Notes: generated by a model not told the origin, from the sequence alone. A stretch of DNA of 64,000 nt from Candidatus Cloacimonadota bacterium (GCA_030621085.1 JAUXIJ010000007.1:1220-65219); one strand, 5' to 3'. Shown: positions 10,201-19,281, numbered from the stretch's first letter. Program-made: numbers and translations.

Positions 10201-10452
10201 GATACGATAGATGAATGTTATATTGTTGATGGTTCGCTTTTCAACAAATCACAGAGAATTACTGCTGTTGAGGATGCTTTAATTGGAAAGCCTTTGAATG
10301 AACAAACGATAAGTGCTGCTGAAAAACCATTAGAAAAAAAAATCGAGAAAGAGATCGGTGGACGCTGGTCTGCTGAATATAAGAAACCCGTTTTTATTAA
10401 TCTCTTTAAAGATGCGTTAATTGATATTCTCAAACAGAAGAATGAGGGTTAA
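7231..10452 (+). CDS. xanthine dehydrogenase-family molybdopterin subunit fused to a C-terminal FAD-binding (XdhB/YgfM/CoxM-like) domain
   Basis: 1073 aa. N-terminal VDGYEKVTGKAIYGDD, then GGSFGGKDD, AFRGFGSPQ and GIGEP as in XDH/aldehyde-oxidase Mo subunits. The C-terminal ~290 aa carry LLAGGTDVIVQ and ATIGGNIVNAAPCADSVPPL, typical of FAD subunits. Confidence 0.85.
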   Translation: MDNVIGKRVRRVDGYEKVTGKAIYGDDLKFPGMLYGAVRYTDIPAGKITKLDVSYANKMPGVKAIGLYKDVPGEKKVGPIRRDYLPIVNDEVFFAGDVIAVVVAFTKEQAYAAVDKIVVEYEPIEPLTDIEEAVKPDARLIHPEYKSNVVNHYPLIKGDVEKGFAESDRVIERKYRTGFVEHAYIEPESVTVVPDHTTKGYKVYGSIQNSFTTRRVVAIFMGLKLNQVNVFGSTLGGSFGGKDDIINNIACRAALLSKLTGKPVKITYTREDSLKESYKRHPYIMNYKVGFNNNGKLKAMKINILADSGAYSSQTFFVTWRSVVQATGPYEIENVLTDIKGVYTNNTYTAAFRGFGSPQVIFAQESLIDEIADICGITPLEIRKINGFKQGSITASGQKLSEHKVSLHQVIREAVEKSNYKEKYEQYKKANAVSRRYKYGIGLSCSYRGCSLGAEGTDASSAIVSVQADGSVIVFTGVNENGQGLRTTFCQVTSEVLGVPLADITFLEPQTSTITDGGPTVASRGTIVGGNATIQAANIVKERIFEIIKDDLKVSKLEETEWKNGYIYRKVRNPKIEPVKFSEAAEKAYWAGINLSAYGWFKCPDVNWDEETGQGNAYFTYVYGCQIVETRIDTHTGKIEVKKITAAHDVGKVINQLGAEGQVYGGVTQGMGYGILEDFNIQNGEVKSLNLDEYLIPTIKDIKEIEPILIENPDIYGPFGAKGIGEPTLELTSAAINNSLSFALGKRSYQIPLTLEQTFLGKNLRKPARQSEVVHASNKKKKITPRLSNIKTSSPPSLKKALQKLADGKFKLLAGGTDVIVQARHKTEPLDLLNIFSLPELKGIKETGDKITVSAATTFTEIINNDVIKREFPLLVKACSQIGSTQIRNRATIGGNIVNAAPCADSVPPLIVYQANLHLRSMNGERNVPISEFIKKHYKTIIQPDEILTAITIPKLADKKYYHSYYQLGRRNAVNITRMSISAMLSFDDNDTIDECYIVDGSLFNKSQRITAVEDALIGKPLNEQTISAAEKPLEKKIEKEIGGRWSAEYKKPVFINLFKDALIDILKQKNEG

Positions 10453-10456
10453 AATT

Positions 10457-10924
10457 ATGATAAATCTTAAATTCAATGTAAACGGAAAGAATGTTGAAAT
10501 AACTGTGGATGATTCTCTGCGGCTTCTGGATATTTTGCGAGACGAACTGGGCTTGACCGGAACTAAAGAAGGATGTGCTATAGGTGAATGCGGTGCTTGT
10601 ACGGTTATCATGAACGGGGAAGCTGTGAATTCCTGTATGATCTTAGCTGAACAGGTTCAAAATGCAAAAGTGGAAACAGTTGAGAATCTGGAGAAGAATG
10701 AAGTTCTCTCTAAATTGCAGGATGCATTCCTGGATAATGGCGCAATTCAGTGCGGATTCTGCACACCCGGCATGTTGATGAGTGCTAAAGCACTTCTCAA
10801 TAAAAATCCTACACCTTCCGAAGAAGAGATCAAAATCGCTCTGGAAGGAAACCTCTGCCGATGTACGGGATATATTCCAATTTTGAACTCAGTTAAAGAT
10901 GCAGTTGAGAAAATTAGAAAATGA
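10457..10924 (+). CDS. (2Fe-2S)-binding small subunit of the XDH-family enzyme
   Basis: GCAIGECGACTV, CGFCTPGM and CRCTGY cluster motifs. ATG 10457 is preceded by GAGGGT; the ORF-track start at 10421 overlaps the upstream gene. Confidence 0.85.
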   Translation: MINLKFNVNGKNVEITVDDSLRLLDILRDELGLTGTKEGCAIGECGACTVIMNGEAVNSCMILAEQVQNAKVETVENLEKNEVLSKLQDAFLDNGAIQCGFCTPGMLMSAKALLNKNPTPSEEEIKIALEGNLCRCTGYIPILNSVKDAVEKIRK

Positions 10925-10961
10925 AAGAAAACCCCCTTTAATAAGCCATAGGCTTATAAAT

Positions 10962-10980
10962 TCCCCCTTACAAAGGGGGA
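10962..10980. repeat. REP-like G/C hairpin TCCCCCTT-ACA-AAGGGGGA
   Basis: Perfect 8-bp stem in the Fe-S subunit/ssnA intergenic region. The same arm sequences bound the in-frame insert at 21140-21188. Confidence 0.6.
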
Positions 10981-11004
10981 CATAGAGATGCAGGAGAATA
11001 AGAT

Positions 11005-12309
11005 ATGAATATAATAATTCAAGGTGGATATTTAATAATTCCAAAAGAAGAAACTGTTCTTGTTGAAAAGAGAAATATCTACATAAAAAATGGAAAAGTA
11101 TTTTATACTAAACCATTTGAAAAAGCAGATCGCATTATTGATGCTACCAATAAGATCATTTTCCCCGGGCTAACAAACGCACATCATCACATTTATTCCA
11201 CACTTTCCAAAGGAATACCCTGCGATGTTCCGTTCAATGATTTTATAGGGAATTTAAAAAATCTCTGGTGGACTCTGGATCATTCTTTGAACAAAGAAGA
11301 TATGATCCTTTCCTCTGCTATCGCCTGTAAAGATTCGATCAAACATGGTGTTACAACTATTTTTGATCATCACATTTCCGGTTATACAGAAAATGCTCTT
11401 TCCGATATGGAAGAAGTTTTTGATGCTTACGGAATTAGTGGAACACTTTGCTTTGAGCTATCTGATCGGAATGGTAACGATTTTTTCCAGAGATCATTGG
11501 ATGAAAATATCCGCTTTGCCAAAGCACAAAAAGATAAATCAGTTCAGGGAATGATCGGGTTGCATGCATCATTTACACTTAGTGATGAAAGCTTGCAGAA
11601 AATTGCTGATGAATCAGAAGATTTTCCTGTTCACGTTCACGTTGCCGAAGGTGAGATCGATGGAGTTCAGTGTAAGGAAAAATATGGGAAGGGATTGATC
11701 GAGAGATTTGATAGTTTTGGATTAGTTCGTAACAATTCTCTTTATATCCATTGCAGCAACCTCACAGAGAAAGACCTTGAAATTTTGAAGAAACGTGATA
11801 TCTTTATTGCCCAAGCAGTAGATTCTAATATGAATAATGGATTGAATGTAGGAAATATTTCCAACTTTATTTTAGAAGGAATTAAAACAACTGTAGGAAC
11901 TGATGGAATGCATCCAAGCACAATGAAGGCATTAAAAAATTCTAATATATTCACAAAATACCTGAATAAAAATTGTGATCTTGGCTATCCAGAAATGAAT
12001 GCTCTTTTCCTGAATAACTTCAAACTTAAAAAAGCATTTGGAATCCCTCTCGGAATCAGTGAAGAAGAACAAGCAGATATTGCGATCTTCGATTATGAGC
12101 CGGCTACTCCTTTCGACACAAACCAATTCATGGGTCACTTCATTTTTGGGATCACCGAATCTCGCTGCCAATATGTAATCAAGAATGATGAAATATTGCT
12201 GGATGATTATCATGTAACCAAGGATTTGTATAATGATTTGTTTGAGCGATCGGAAGAAATTTCTAAAGCAATGTTTAAGAGGTTTGAGAGCAATAAAGGA
12301 AATTATTAG
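11005..12309 (+). CDS. ssnA: SsnA-type aminohydrolase (amidohydrolase superfamily)
   Basis: 434 aa. NAHHHIYS metal-binding start, LKNLWWTLDHSL, ENIRFAK and NMNNGLNVG track E. coli SsnA as I recall it. The gene is adjacent to ygfK, as in E. coli. Confidence 0.8.
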   Translation: MNIIIQGGYLIIPKEETVLVEKRNIYIKNGKVFYTKPFEKADRIIDATNKIIFPGLTNAHHHIYSTLSKGIPCDVPFNDFIGNLKNLWWTLDHSLNKEDMILSSAIACKDSIKHGVTTIFDHHISGYTENALSDMEEVFDAYGISGTLCFELSDRNGNDFFQRSLDENIRFAKAQKDKSVQGMIGLHASFTLSDESLQKIADESEDFPVHVHVAEGEIDGVQCKEKYGKGLIERFDSFGLVRNNSLYIHCSNLTEKDLEILKKRDIFIAQAVDSNMNNGLNVGNISNFILEGIKTTVGTDGMHPSTMKALKNSNIFTKYLNKNCDLGYPEMNALFLNNFKLKKAFGIPLGISEEEQADIAIFDYEPATPFDTNQFMGHFIFGITESRCQYVIKNDEILLDDYHVTKDLYNDLFERSEEISKAMFKRFESNKGNY

Positions 12310-12409
12310 CCACAAAGTCTCAAAGACACTAAGAGTACAAGGAGACTGGTGTGAAAAGAATTGTATTTATTATTTTAATGTGAACTTTGTGCCTTCGTGT
12401 CTTAGTGGC
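12309..12409. repeat. REP-like palindromic intergenic element
   Basis: Two inverted ~25-nt arms, GCCACAAAGTCTCAAAGACACTAAG (12309-12333) and ACTTTGTGCCTTCGTGTCTTAGTGGC (12384-12409), share the words GCCAC, CACAAAG and AAGACAC. Lies between ssnA and ygfK. Confidence 0.6.
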
Positions 12410-12426
12410 AAAATGAAGGAGAAAAA

Positions 12427-15400
12427 ATGAGCAATATAATGGTACCAGTAAAATTTAAAAAATTATTAAACTGGATTTTAGAAGAATATAAAAATGAAAA
12501 AACAATCTTTGGAATTCACGAAGATAAATTTCACAGAAAACCAGATGATTCCACATTTACTATCTTCAGGGAAAAATGCGAAACTCCAATTGGGCCTGCT
12601 GCAGGACCACATACCCAGCAAGCTCCAAACATCGTTGCTGCCTATCTTACCGGTGGTCGCTTCTTTGAACTGAAAACCGTGCAGATAATGGATACGTTGG
12701 ATATTGAAAAACCATGTATCGAAGCTACTGATGAAGGTTACAACACCGAGTGGAGTACAGAGCTTACAGTTCCACAAGCTTATGAAGAATATGTTAAAGG
12801 ATGGTTTTTAATTCACGTTTTGAATAAAATATTCGGTCTTTCCAAAATGGATGAATGTTCATTTATTTTTAATATGAGTGTCGGTTACGATCTTAAGGGG
12901 ATTAAATCGCCCAAGATAGATAAATTTATCGAAGAACTAAAAGATGCATCAGAAAATGAAGTTTTCCAACAATGTAAAAAGGAACTGAAAGAAGCTATCG
13001 AAGCGGGAAAGATACCAAATATTACAGATGCAGAATTCGTGGAAACGATCTCACCGAAGATTTCCAATTCCATAACTCTCTCAACCATGCACGGATGTCC
13101 TCCCGAAGATCAGGAACTTATCTGTAAATACCTCATCAGTGAAAAGAAATTACATACTTTTTTAAAAATGAATCCAACCTTGCACGGTTATAAGTATGTA
13201 AAAAATACATTCCAAAAACTTGGATACGATCATATAATTTTGAAAGAAGAATCATTTACACACGATATGCAATATGATGATGCTGTCAAAATGCTGAAAG
13301 TTCTTCTTGCCTTCGCAGATGAAAACAATGTGGAATTTGGTGTAAAACTTTCCAATACACTTGCTGTGGTTAACAAAAAAGGCATACTCCCCACAGATGA
13401 AATGTATATGAGCGGTCGGGCATTATTTCCACTCACAATCAACCTGGCAAAAAAACTTTCAGACGAATTTGGAGGTAAACTTCCTATTTCTTATGCAGGG
13501 GGCGCGAGTTTCTTTAATATCAAAGATATTTTAAAAACTGGTATTAGACCCATCACTATTGCCACCGATTTGTTGAAACCGGGTGGATATCTTCGTTTAA
13601 CTCAGATCGCTGAATTATTGGATAGCTCCATGCAAGACCTTCCACCCCAAAATATTAACCAGGAGAAATTGGATTCCATAGCTGAAGATGCCCTTTCAAA
13701 CGAAAAATACAAGAATGAATATAAATCTGACGCACCGATGAAGATTGATGAGAAACTTCCTGAAATTGACTGTTTTATCGCACCATGCACAATTGGATGT
13801 CCGATAAATCAAGATGTTCCGGAATACATTCGATTGATTGGTGAAAAGCGTTACCTAGAAGCTTTAGAGCTTATTGTTTCCAAAAATCCGCTTCCGTTCA
13901 TAACAGGTTTCATTTGCGATCATAAATGTATGTTGAAATGCGTTCGTAACGATTATGAAGAACCTGTTCTCATCCGGGAACTCAAGCGGGTTGCTGCCGA
14001 AAACGGATACGATGATTTCCTGAAAAATTTAAAGATCAATAACGAACTAAATGGAATAAAAGTCGCTATTATTGGTGCCGGATCTGCTGGATTAGCTTCC
14101 GCTTATTTCCTGGCTCGTGAAGGTTTTGAAGTAACCATCTTTGATAAAACCGATAGACCGGGTGGAACGGTAATGCACACTATCCCGGGATTTAGAATTC
14201 CCAGTTGGGCAATAGATAACGACATCGCACTCATCAAGCGAATGGGCGTAAAATTTCAAATGAATGCTAACGCTGATTTTGATTTAGAAAAACTGAAAGC
14301 TGATGGTTTTAAATATATTAATCTGGCTATCGGTGCTTGGAAATCCCGAATGCTTCCAATGGAAGGTGATACTTCCAAAGTTTATGGAGCTATCAAATTC
14401 CTGCAGGATTGGAATAAAGATAAAAATGCTCTTGACCTTGGCAAAAACGTTGCCGTTGTGGGAGGTGGAAACAGTGCAATGGATAGCGCTCGCGCTGCTA
14501 AAAGAACGCCCGGTGTGAACAATGTTTATATCATCTACCGTCGCACGATCAAAGAAATGCCGGCTGATCGTGAGGAACTTGATAATGCCATTAAAGATGG
14601 AATTATTTTCAAAGAACTGATAAATCCTGTTTCACTGAATAATGACATCCTGAAATGTCAGGTTATGGAACTGGGTGAGCCTGATGAAAGCGGTAGAAAG
14701 CGTCCGCTTCCTGTAGAGGGTAAATTTGTAGAACTGGAAATCGATACTGTTCTTTCTGCTATCGGTGAAATGGTGGATTACGATATTTTGAAGAAGAATG
14801 GGATTAAAATCGATGAGCGAAAAAACATTGTAGTTAATGAATTTGGTGAAACCAGCATAAAAAACGTATTCATCGGTGGTGATGCTCTGCGAGGTCCTTC
14901 AACCGTTGTAGAAGCAATTGCAGACGGACAGAAGATTACTAACTCTATCCTTGAGAAGGAAGGAATTGATCCGAAAAGAGTTGAACCGGAAAATTACAAA
15001 TTCGATAATAAAATAAGAAAACAAGATATTCGTAACAAGAAAGGCATTATTAATCCAACCGTAGAAGTCTTATCCACTAACGAAGAAATCTCTGCTGAAA
15101 CAAACCGCTGTCTGGAATGTAATTTTATTTGCAATAAATGCGTGGAAGTTTGTCCGAATCGTGCCAATATTGCCATCAAAGTTCCCGGATTCAAAAATGT
15201 AAATCAAATCCTGCACCTAGATGGACTCTGTAATGAATGCGGGAATTGCGAAACATTCTGCCCTTACGATGGTGCTCCTTACAAAGATAAATTTACGCTT
15301 TTCTGGAAAGAAGAAGATATGGCTGTAAATAAGAATAATGGCTTCCTTGTGACAGATAACAAAATAAAATTACGGTATAATTCCAATTTGTACGATTTGC

Positions 15401-15522
15401 TTATTAACGATGAAAAGATAACATTCAGCGATTCTGAATCTGACATCCCGGAAGAAATGCAAAACATGGTTGACATAATTTATGCTGTTTTAAGAAATTA
15501 CTCATATCTAATACAAAATTAA
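12427..15522 (+). CDS. ygfK: YgfK-type Fe-S/flavin oxidoreductase (putative selenate reductase subunit YgfK family; dihydropyrimidine-dehydrogenase-like)
   Basis: 1031 aa (E. coli YgfK is about 1032 aa). PIGPAAGPHTQ, Rossmann motifs IIGAGSAGLASAYFLA and VVGGGNSAMD, C-terminal ferredoxin motifs CLECNFICNKCVEVCP and CNECGNCETFCP. Confidence 0.85.
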   Translation: MSNIMVPVKFKKLLNWILEEYKNEKTIFGIHEDKFHRKPDDSTFTIFREKCETPIGPAAGPHTQQAPNIVAAYLTGGRFFELKTVQIMDTLDIEKPCIEATDEGYNTEWSTELTVPQAYEEYVKGWFLIHVLNKIFGLSKMDECSFIFNMSVGYDLKGIKSPKIDKFIEELKDASENEVFQQCKKELKEAIEAGKIPNITDAEFVETISPKISNSITLSTMHGCPPEDQELICKYLISEKKLHTFLKMNPTLHGYKYVKNTFQKLGYDHIILKEESFTHDMQYDDAVKMLKVLLAFADENNVEFGVKLSNTLAVVNKKGILPTDEMYMSGRALFPLTINLAKKLSDEFGGKLPISYAGGASFFNIKDILKTGIRPITIATDLLKPGGYLRLTQIAELLDSSMQDLPPQNINQEKLDSIAEDALSNEKYKNEYKSDAPMKIDEKLPEIDCFIAPCTIGCPINQDVPEYIRLIGEKRYLEALELIVSKNPLPFITGFICDHKCMLKCVRNDYEEPVLIRELKRVAAENGYDDFLKNLKINNELNGIKVAIIGAGSAGLASAYFLAREGFEVTIFDKTDRPGGTVMHTIPGFRIPSWAIDNDIALIKRMGVKFQMNANADFDLEKLKADGFKYINLAIGAWKSRMLPMEGDTSKVYGAIKFLQDWNKDKNALDLGKNVAVVGGGNSAMDSARAAKRTPGVNNVYIIYRRTIKEMPADREELDNAIKDGIIFKELINPVSLNNDILKCQVMELGEPDESGRKRPLPVEGKFVELEIDTVLSAIGEMVDYDILKKNGIKIDERKNIVVNEFGETSIKNVFIGGDALRGPSTVVEAIADGQKITNSILEKEGIDPKRVEPENYKFDNKIRKQDIRNKKGIINPTVEVLSTNEEISAETNRCLECNFICNKCVEVCPNRANIAIKVPGFKNVNQILHLDGLCNECGNCETFCPYDGAPYKDKFTLFWKEEDMAVNKNNGFLVTDNKIKLRYNSNLYDLLINDEKITFSDSESDIPEEMQNMVDIIYAVLRNYSYLIQN

Positions 15523-15695
15523 GGAGGTACGGATATGAACAACAACTTAAATGTTGATTTCATGCTAATTCGCATCTATAAAATGCGCCGATTATCCTGT
15601 ATCTTCTTATACAATAATCAATAATACAATCGCTACTTTTTTTACTCGAAGTTTAAAAAATTAATTAAACAAATAAAAAATATTTGGAGGAAAAT

Positions 15696-16772
15696 ATGCG
15701 TACGAACAAATTTTTAGGAAGGGACTGGCTCAGTCCTGAAATCGATTATACAAAAGAAGAATGGGAATCTTTATTGCGGCTGGCGGAAGAGCTGAAAACA
15801 CGTTATGCGATGAATGAAGATACATCCCACATCCTGAAAAGAAAAACACTTTACACGATGTTTTTCAACAGTTCACTTCGAACCAGAAGCACTTTTGCAG
15901 CCGGCATTCAACAGCTTGGTGGTTTTCATGTGGATTTGGAACCGGGAAAAACTTACACTCCCGCTCGCAAAGGATTTGAAGTTCCATATAAAACCGAAAG
16001 AATTTGTGATGTTGCCCAGGTTCTCAGCAGAACAGGAGATGCTCTGGCAATAAGAATGTATGGAGCACCTTCACAATGGATCTATGGATTTGCACATGAA
16101 ACAATGAAGGAATTCGCACATTATTCCGATATTCCTATCATCAATATGGAATGCGATGTTTATCATCCCTGCCAGGCTCTTGCAGATATGCTGACCATCA
16201 AAGAGAAATTCGGTGGATTTAAGAAGAAGAAATTTGTAATAAGCTGGGCTTACTCGGGTTCAACATCTAAGCCGTTTGCAGTTCCGCAGAGTCTTGCTCT
16301 TGCTCCTTCCCTATTGGGAATGGATGTGGTTCTTGCCCGACCTAAAGGATTTGAACTCGATCCAAAAGTTACCGCCAAATGCCATGAATACGCTGCTCAA
16401 AATGGCAGTACTTTTGAAGAAACCGATGATATGGAAGCTGCCTTTGAAGGTGCTCATGTGGTTTATCCAAAATCCTGGGGTGCTCTTCCCTTCTTTGCCG
16501 AAATGGGTGAAAATGGCAAAAAGATCAAAGAAGAAAACCTGGATGGCATGAAAGATCTTTTTGAAAAAAATAAACATTGGATCTGCGATGAAAAGAAAAT
16601 GAAACTGACCGATAAGAATGGAATTTATATGCATTGCCTTCCTGCAGATAGAGACATGGAGGTTACAGATGCCGTTATCGATGGTCCGCAAAGTGTAGTT
16701 TATGATGAAGCGGAAAACCGTCTTCATGCTCAAAAAGCAATTATGACCTTGCTTATGGGTGGAAGGTTGTAA
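15696..16772 (+). CDS. ygeW: YgeW-type carbamoyltransferase
   Basis: SLRTR carbamoyl-phosphate motif, SWAYSGSTSKPFAVPQS, VYPKSW and YMHCLPAD resemble E. coli YgeW. ATG 15696 is preceded by GGAGG; the ORF-track start at 15684 is TTG. Confidence 0.75.
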   Translation: MRTNKFLGRDWLSPEIDYTKEEWESLLRLAEELKTRYAMNEDTSHILKRKTLYTMFFNSSLRTRSTFAAGIQQLGGFHVDLEPGKTYTPARKGFEVPYKTERICDVAQVLSRTGDALAIRMYGAPSQWIYGFAHETMKEFAHYSDIPIINMECDVYHPCQALADMLTIKEKFGGFKKKKFVISWAYSGSTSKPFAVPQSLALAPSLLGMDVVLARPKGFELDPKVTAKCHEYAAQNGSTFEETDDMEAAFEGAHVVYPKSWGALPFFAEMGENGKKIKEENLDGMKDLFEKNKHWICDEKKMKLTDKNGIYMHCLPADRDMEVTDAVIDGPQSVVYDEAENRLHAQKAIMTLLMGGRL

Positions 16773-16808
16773 ATTTAAAATTAAAAAATTAAAAATGGAA
16801 AACGAAAA

Positions 16809-17174
16809 ATGAAATGTGATGATATTTCTCGTAGGTTTGTCGAACTAGCAGTTCGAGTAATTAAATTAGTGAGAGCTTTACCAAAAGATTTTGTTGGAAA
16901 ACATATCGGTAATCAATTGCTTAAAGCTGGAACTTCTGGTGGTGCAAATTACGAAGAAGCAAGAGGTGCCGAAAGCAATGCTGATTTTATTCATAAACTT
17001 AAAATAGTTCTCAAAGAATTAAGAGAATCTATTTTCTGGTTAAATGTAATTGAAAAAGCTGAATTAATTCCTGCTCATAAACTTAAAAACATACTTCAAG
17101 AATTTGAAGAACTGGCAAATATCATTTCTCAATCAATCATCACCACACAAAAGAAATTGAAAAATAAAAAATGA
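16809..17174 (+). CDS. four-helix-bundle protein (23S rRNA intervening-sequence protein family; Avd-like)
   Basis: 121 aa. QLLKAGTSGGANYEEARGAESNADFIHKLKIVLKELRES matches the family signature (tS..aNi.Ea.g..s..dF...l.i...E..Et). Inserted between two operon genes. Confidence 0.8.
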   Translation: MKCDDISRRFVELAVRVIKLVRALPKDFVGKHIGNQLLKAGTSGGANYEEARGAESNADFIHKLKIVLKELRESIFWLNVIEKAELIPAHKLKNILQEFEELANIISQSIITTQKKLKNKK

Positions 17175-17283
17175 GAAATAGAATATTACAAAGCAAAATG
17201 ATTCTGATTGAGAAAAATATCTTTATTGGTAATTCTCATTTTGAGTTTTGTGTTTTCTATTTTATATTTCGATAGGAGAAAAA

Positions 17284-18321
17284 ATGCAAATAAATATGAA
17301 AGGTAAAGACATAATCTGCACACAGGAACTTTCGGTGCAAGAAATTAATGCTCTGCTGAAACTAGCCAAAGAGATGAAAGCAGACCGTTATGGAAATAAA
17401 TACAATCAACTTATAAAAGATCAGACTTTCCTGATGTTCTTTTTTAACCCATCACTACGAACCAGGATCTCTTTTGAATCGGCAGCTACGGAACTCGGTG
17501 GACATGCGCAATTCCTGGAGCCCAAAACCATGCGCTTGAAAAAAACCAGCGGTGGTGTGGAAGTACAGGCAGGAGAAACGATAGAAGATGCAGCAAAAGT
17601 TCTGGCGAGATATGCTTGCGGAATGGGAATAAGGATTCTGGAAACTTCCGTGGAAAATTATGGCGATGGTAATGCTCTTTTGCGTGAATATGCCAAATGG
17701 ATGAATGTTCCCATCATTAATATGGCAGATGATAAATATCACCCCTGCCAGGGACTTTCCGATGTAATGGGAATGCAGGAACATAAAGGTGATTTGAAAG
17801 GCAAAACTATTCTCATGACCTGGGCTCATGGATCACTCGCTCGTTCCTATTGCTCTGTTCATGAGAATCTACTTATTACTTCACGTTTGGGTATGAATGT
17901 AAAACTTGCTTATCCAAAAGGCTATGATCTTCCTGAAGAAGAAATAGCAAAAGTAAGGGCTAATTGCCAGACTAACGGCACAAAATTTGAAATAATCAAT
18001 GATCCAAATGAAGGTTATACAGATGATGTAGAATTTGTATATTCCCGTAACTGGTTTGGACCTGATTTTTACCAGATCAGAAAAGAAGCTGAAATTGCCC
18101 GTGCCAGCAAAATGACAGATTGGATCTGCAATCAGGAAAGAATGGATCGCACAAATAATGCTTTATACATTCATCCTATGCCAGTCGATCGCGGTAAAGA
18201 AGTAACTGATGAAGTAGCCAGCGGACCAAATTCGATCATCGTAGATATTGCAGAGAACAGACTTCATACACAAAAAGCTATCATGGCAATGACCATTGCC
18301 GGAATGAAAGTAGAGATTTAA
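17284..18321 (+). CDS. carbamoyltransferase (ATCase/OTCase superfamily) with atypical second-substrate motif
   Basis: SLRTR motif and OTC-like fold length, but HPMPVDRG replaces the canonical HCLP motif. ATG 17284 is preceded by AGGAGA. Confidence 0.75.
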   Translation: MQINMKGKDIICTQELSVQEINALLKLAKEMKADRYGNKYNQLIKDQTFLMFFFNPSLRTRISFESAATELGGHAQFLEPKTMRLKKTSGGVEVQAGETIEDAAKVLARYACGMGIRILETSVENYGDGNALLREYAKWMNVPIINMADDKYHPCQGLSDVMGMQEHKGDLKGKTILMTWAHGSLARSYCSVHENLLITSRLGMNVKLAYPKGYDLPEEEIAKVRANCQTNGTKFEIINDPNEGYTDDVEFVYSRNWFGPDFYQIRKEAEIARASKMTDWICNQERMDRTNNALYIHPMPVDRGKEVTDEVASGPNSIIVDIAENRLHTQKAIMAMTIAGMKVEI

Positions 18322-18339
18322 AATTCGGAGGAAAAACAA

Positions 18340-19281
18340 ATGTCAAAATTAGCAGTTTTAGCGATCGGGGGTAATTCCCTGATCAAAGATAAAAGCCATC
18401 AAACTGTTGATGACCAGTATGATTGCATTAAAGAGACAGCTCAACATATCGTGAAATTGATCGAGCAGGATATTCAAGTTATTGTAACGCATGGAAATGG
18501 ACCGCAGGTTGGTTTCATTCTTCTTCGTTCAGAAATTTCAAAAGATCAGCTTCACGATGTTCCACTTCCATCAGCAGGAGCTGATACACAAGGTGCAATC
18601 GGTTACCAGATACAGCAGGCTGCAGGAAATATTCTAAAGAAAAAAAGTATCAATAAAGGTGTGGCTACTGTAGTAACTCAGGTTTTAGTCGATAAGAATG
18701 ATGAAGCTTTTCATTCGCCCGCAAAACCAATCGGTCCTTTCCTGAGCAAAGAAGAAGCTGAGGATAAAAAGCAGCAATATGATTGGGATATCGTTGAGGA
18801 TGCAGGACGTGGTTATCGACGTGTGGTGGCATCCCCAATTCCAATTAAGATTATAGAGCAGGATGCCATCGATTGTTTAATCAAGAATGATTTTATAGTT
18901 ATTGCTGTTGGCGGTGGTGGGATTCCTGTTATCGAAGATGAAAAAGGAAATTTGAGCGGTGTTTCTGCCGTGATCGATAAAGATAGAGCTTCATCTCTGC
19001 TGGCAAAAAATCTGAAAGCAGATTATCTAATTATTTCCACTGCTGTAGAACGGGTATATCTTAATTTCGGAAAGGAAAACGAAGAAGCCATTTCCAGCAT
19101 GACACTGGCTGAAGCAAAACAATATTGTATTGAAGGACATTTCATGAAAGGAAGTATGCTGCCTAAGATCGAATCTGCTATTGAATTCCTGGAAGGCGGC
19201 GGGAAGGAAGTGATAATCACTACTCCTGAATTCATTGCTAATGCAGTTGCCGGTAAAGCCGGAACGAGGATTGTGAGGTAA
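18340..19281 (+). CDS. arcC: carbamate kinase
   Basis: 313 aa. LAIGGNSL and VTHGNGPQVG motifs. Position next to the carbamoyltransferases mirrors E. coli yqeA. Confidence 0.85.
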   Translation: MSKLAVLAIGGNSLIKDKSHQTVDDQYDCIKETAQHIVKLIEQDIQVIVTHGNGPQVGFILLRSEISKDQLHDVPLPSAGADTQGAIGYQIQQAAGNILKKKSINKGVATVVTQVLVDKNDEAFHSPAKPIGPFLSKEEAEDKKQQYDWDIVEDAGRGYRRVVASPIPIKIIEQDAIDCLIKNDFIVIAVGGGGIPVIEDEKGNLSGVSAVIDKDRASSLLAKNLKADYLIISTAVERVYLNFGKENEEAISSMTLAEAKQYCIEGHFMKGSMLPKIESAIEFLEGGGKEVIITTPEFIANAVAGKAGTRIVR

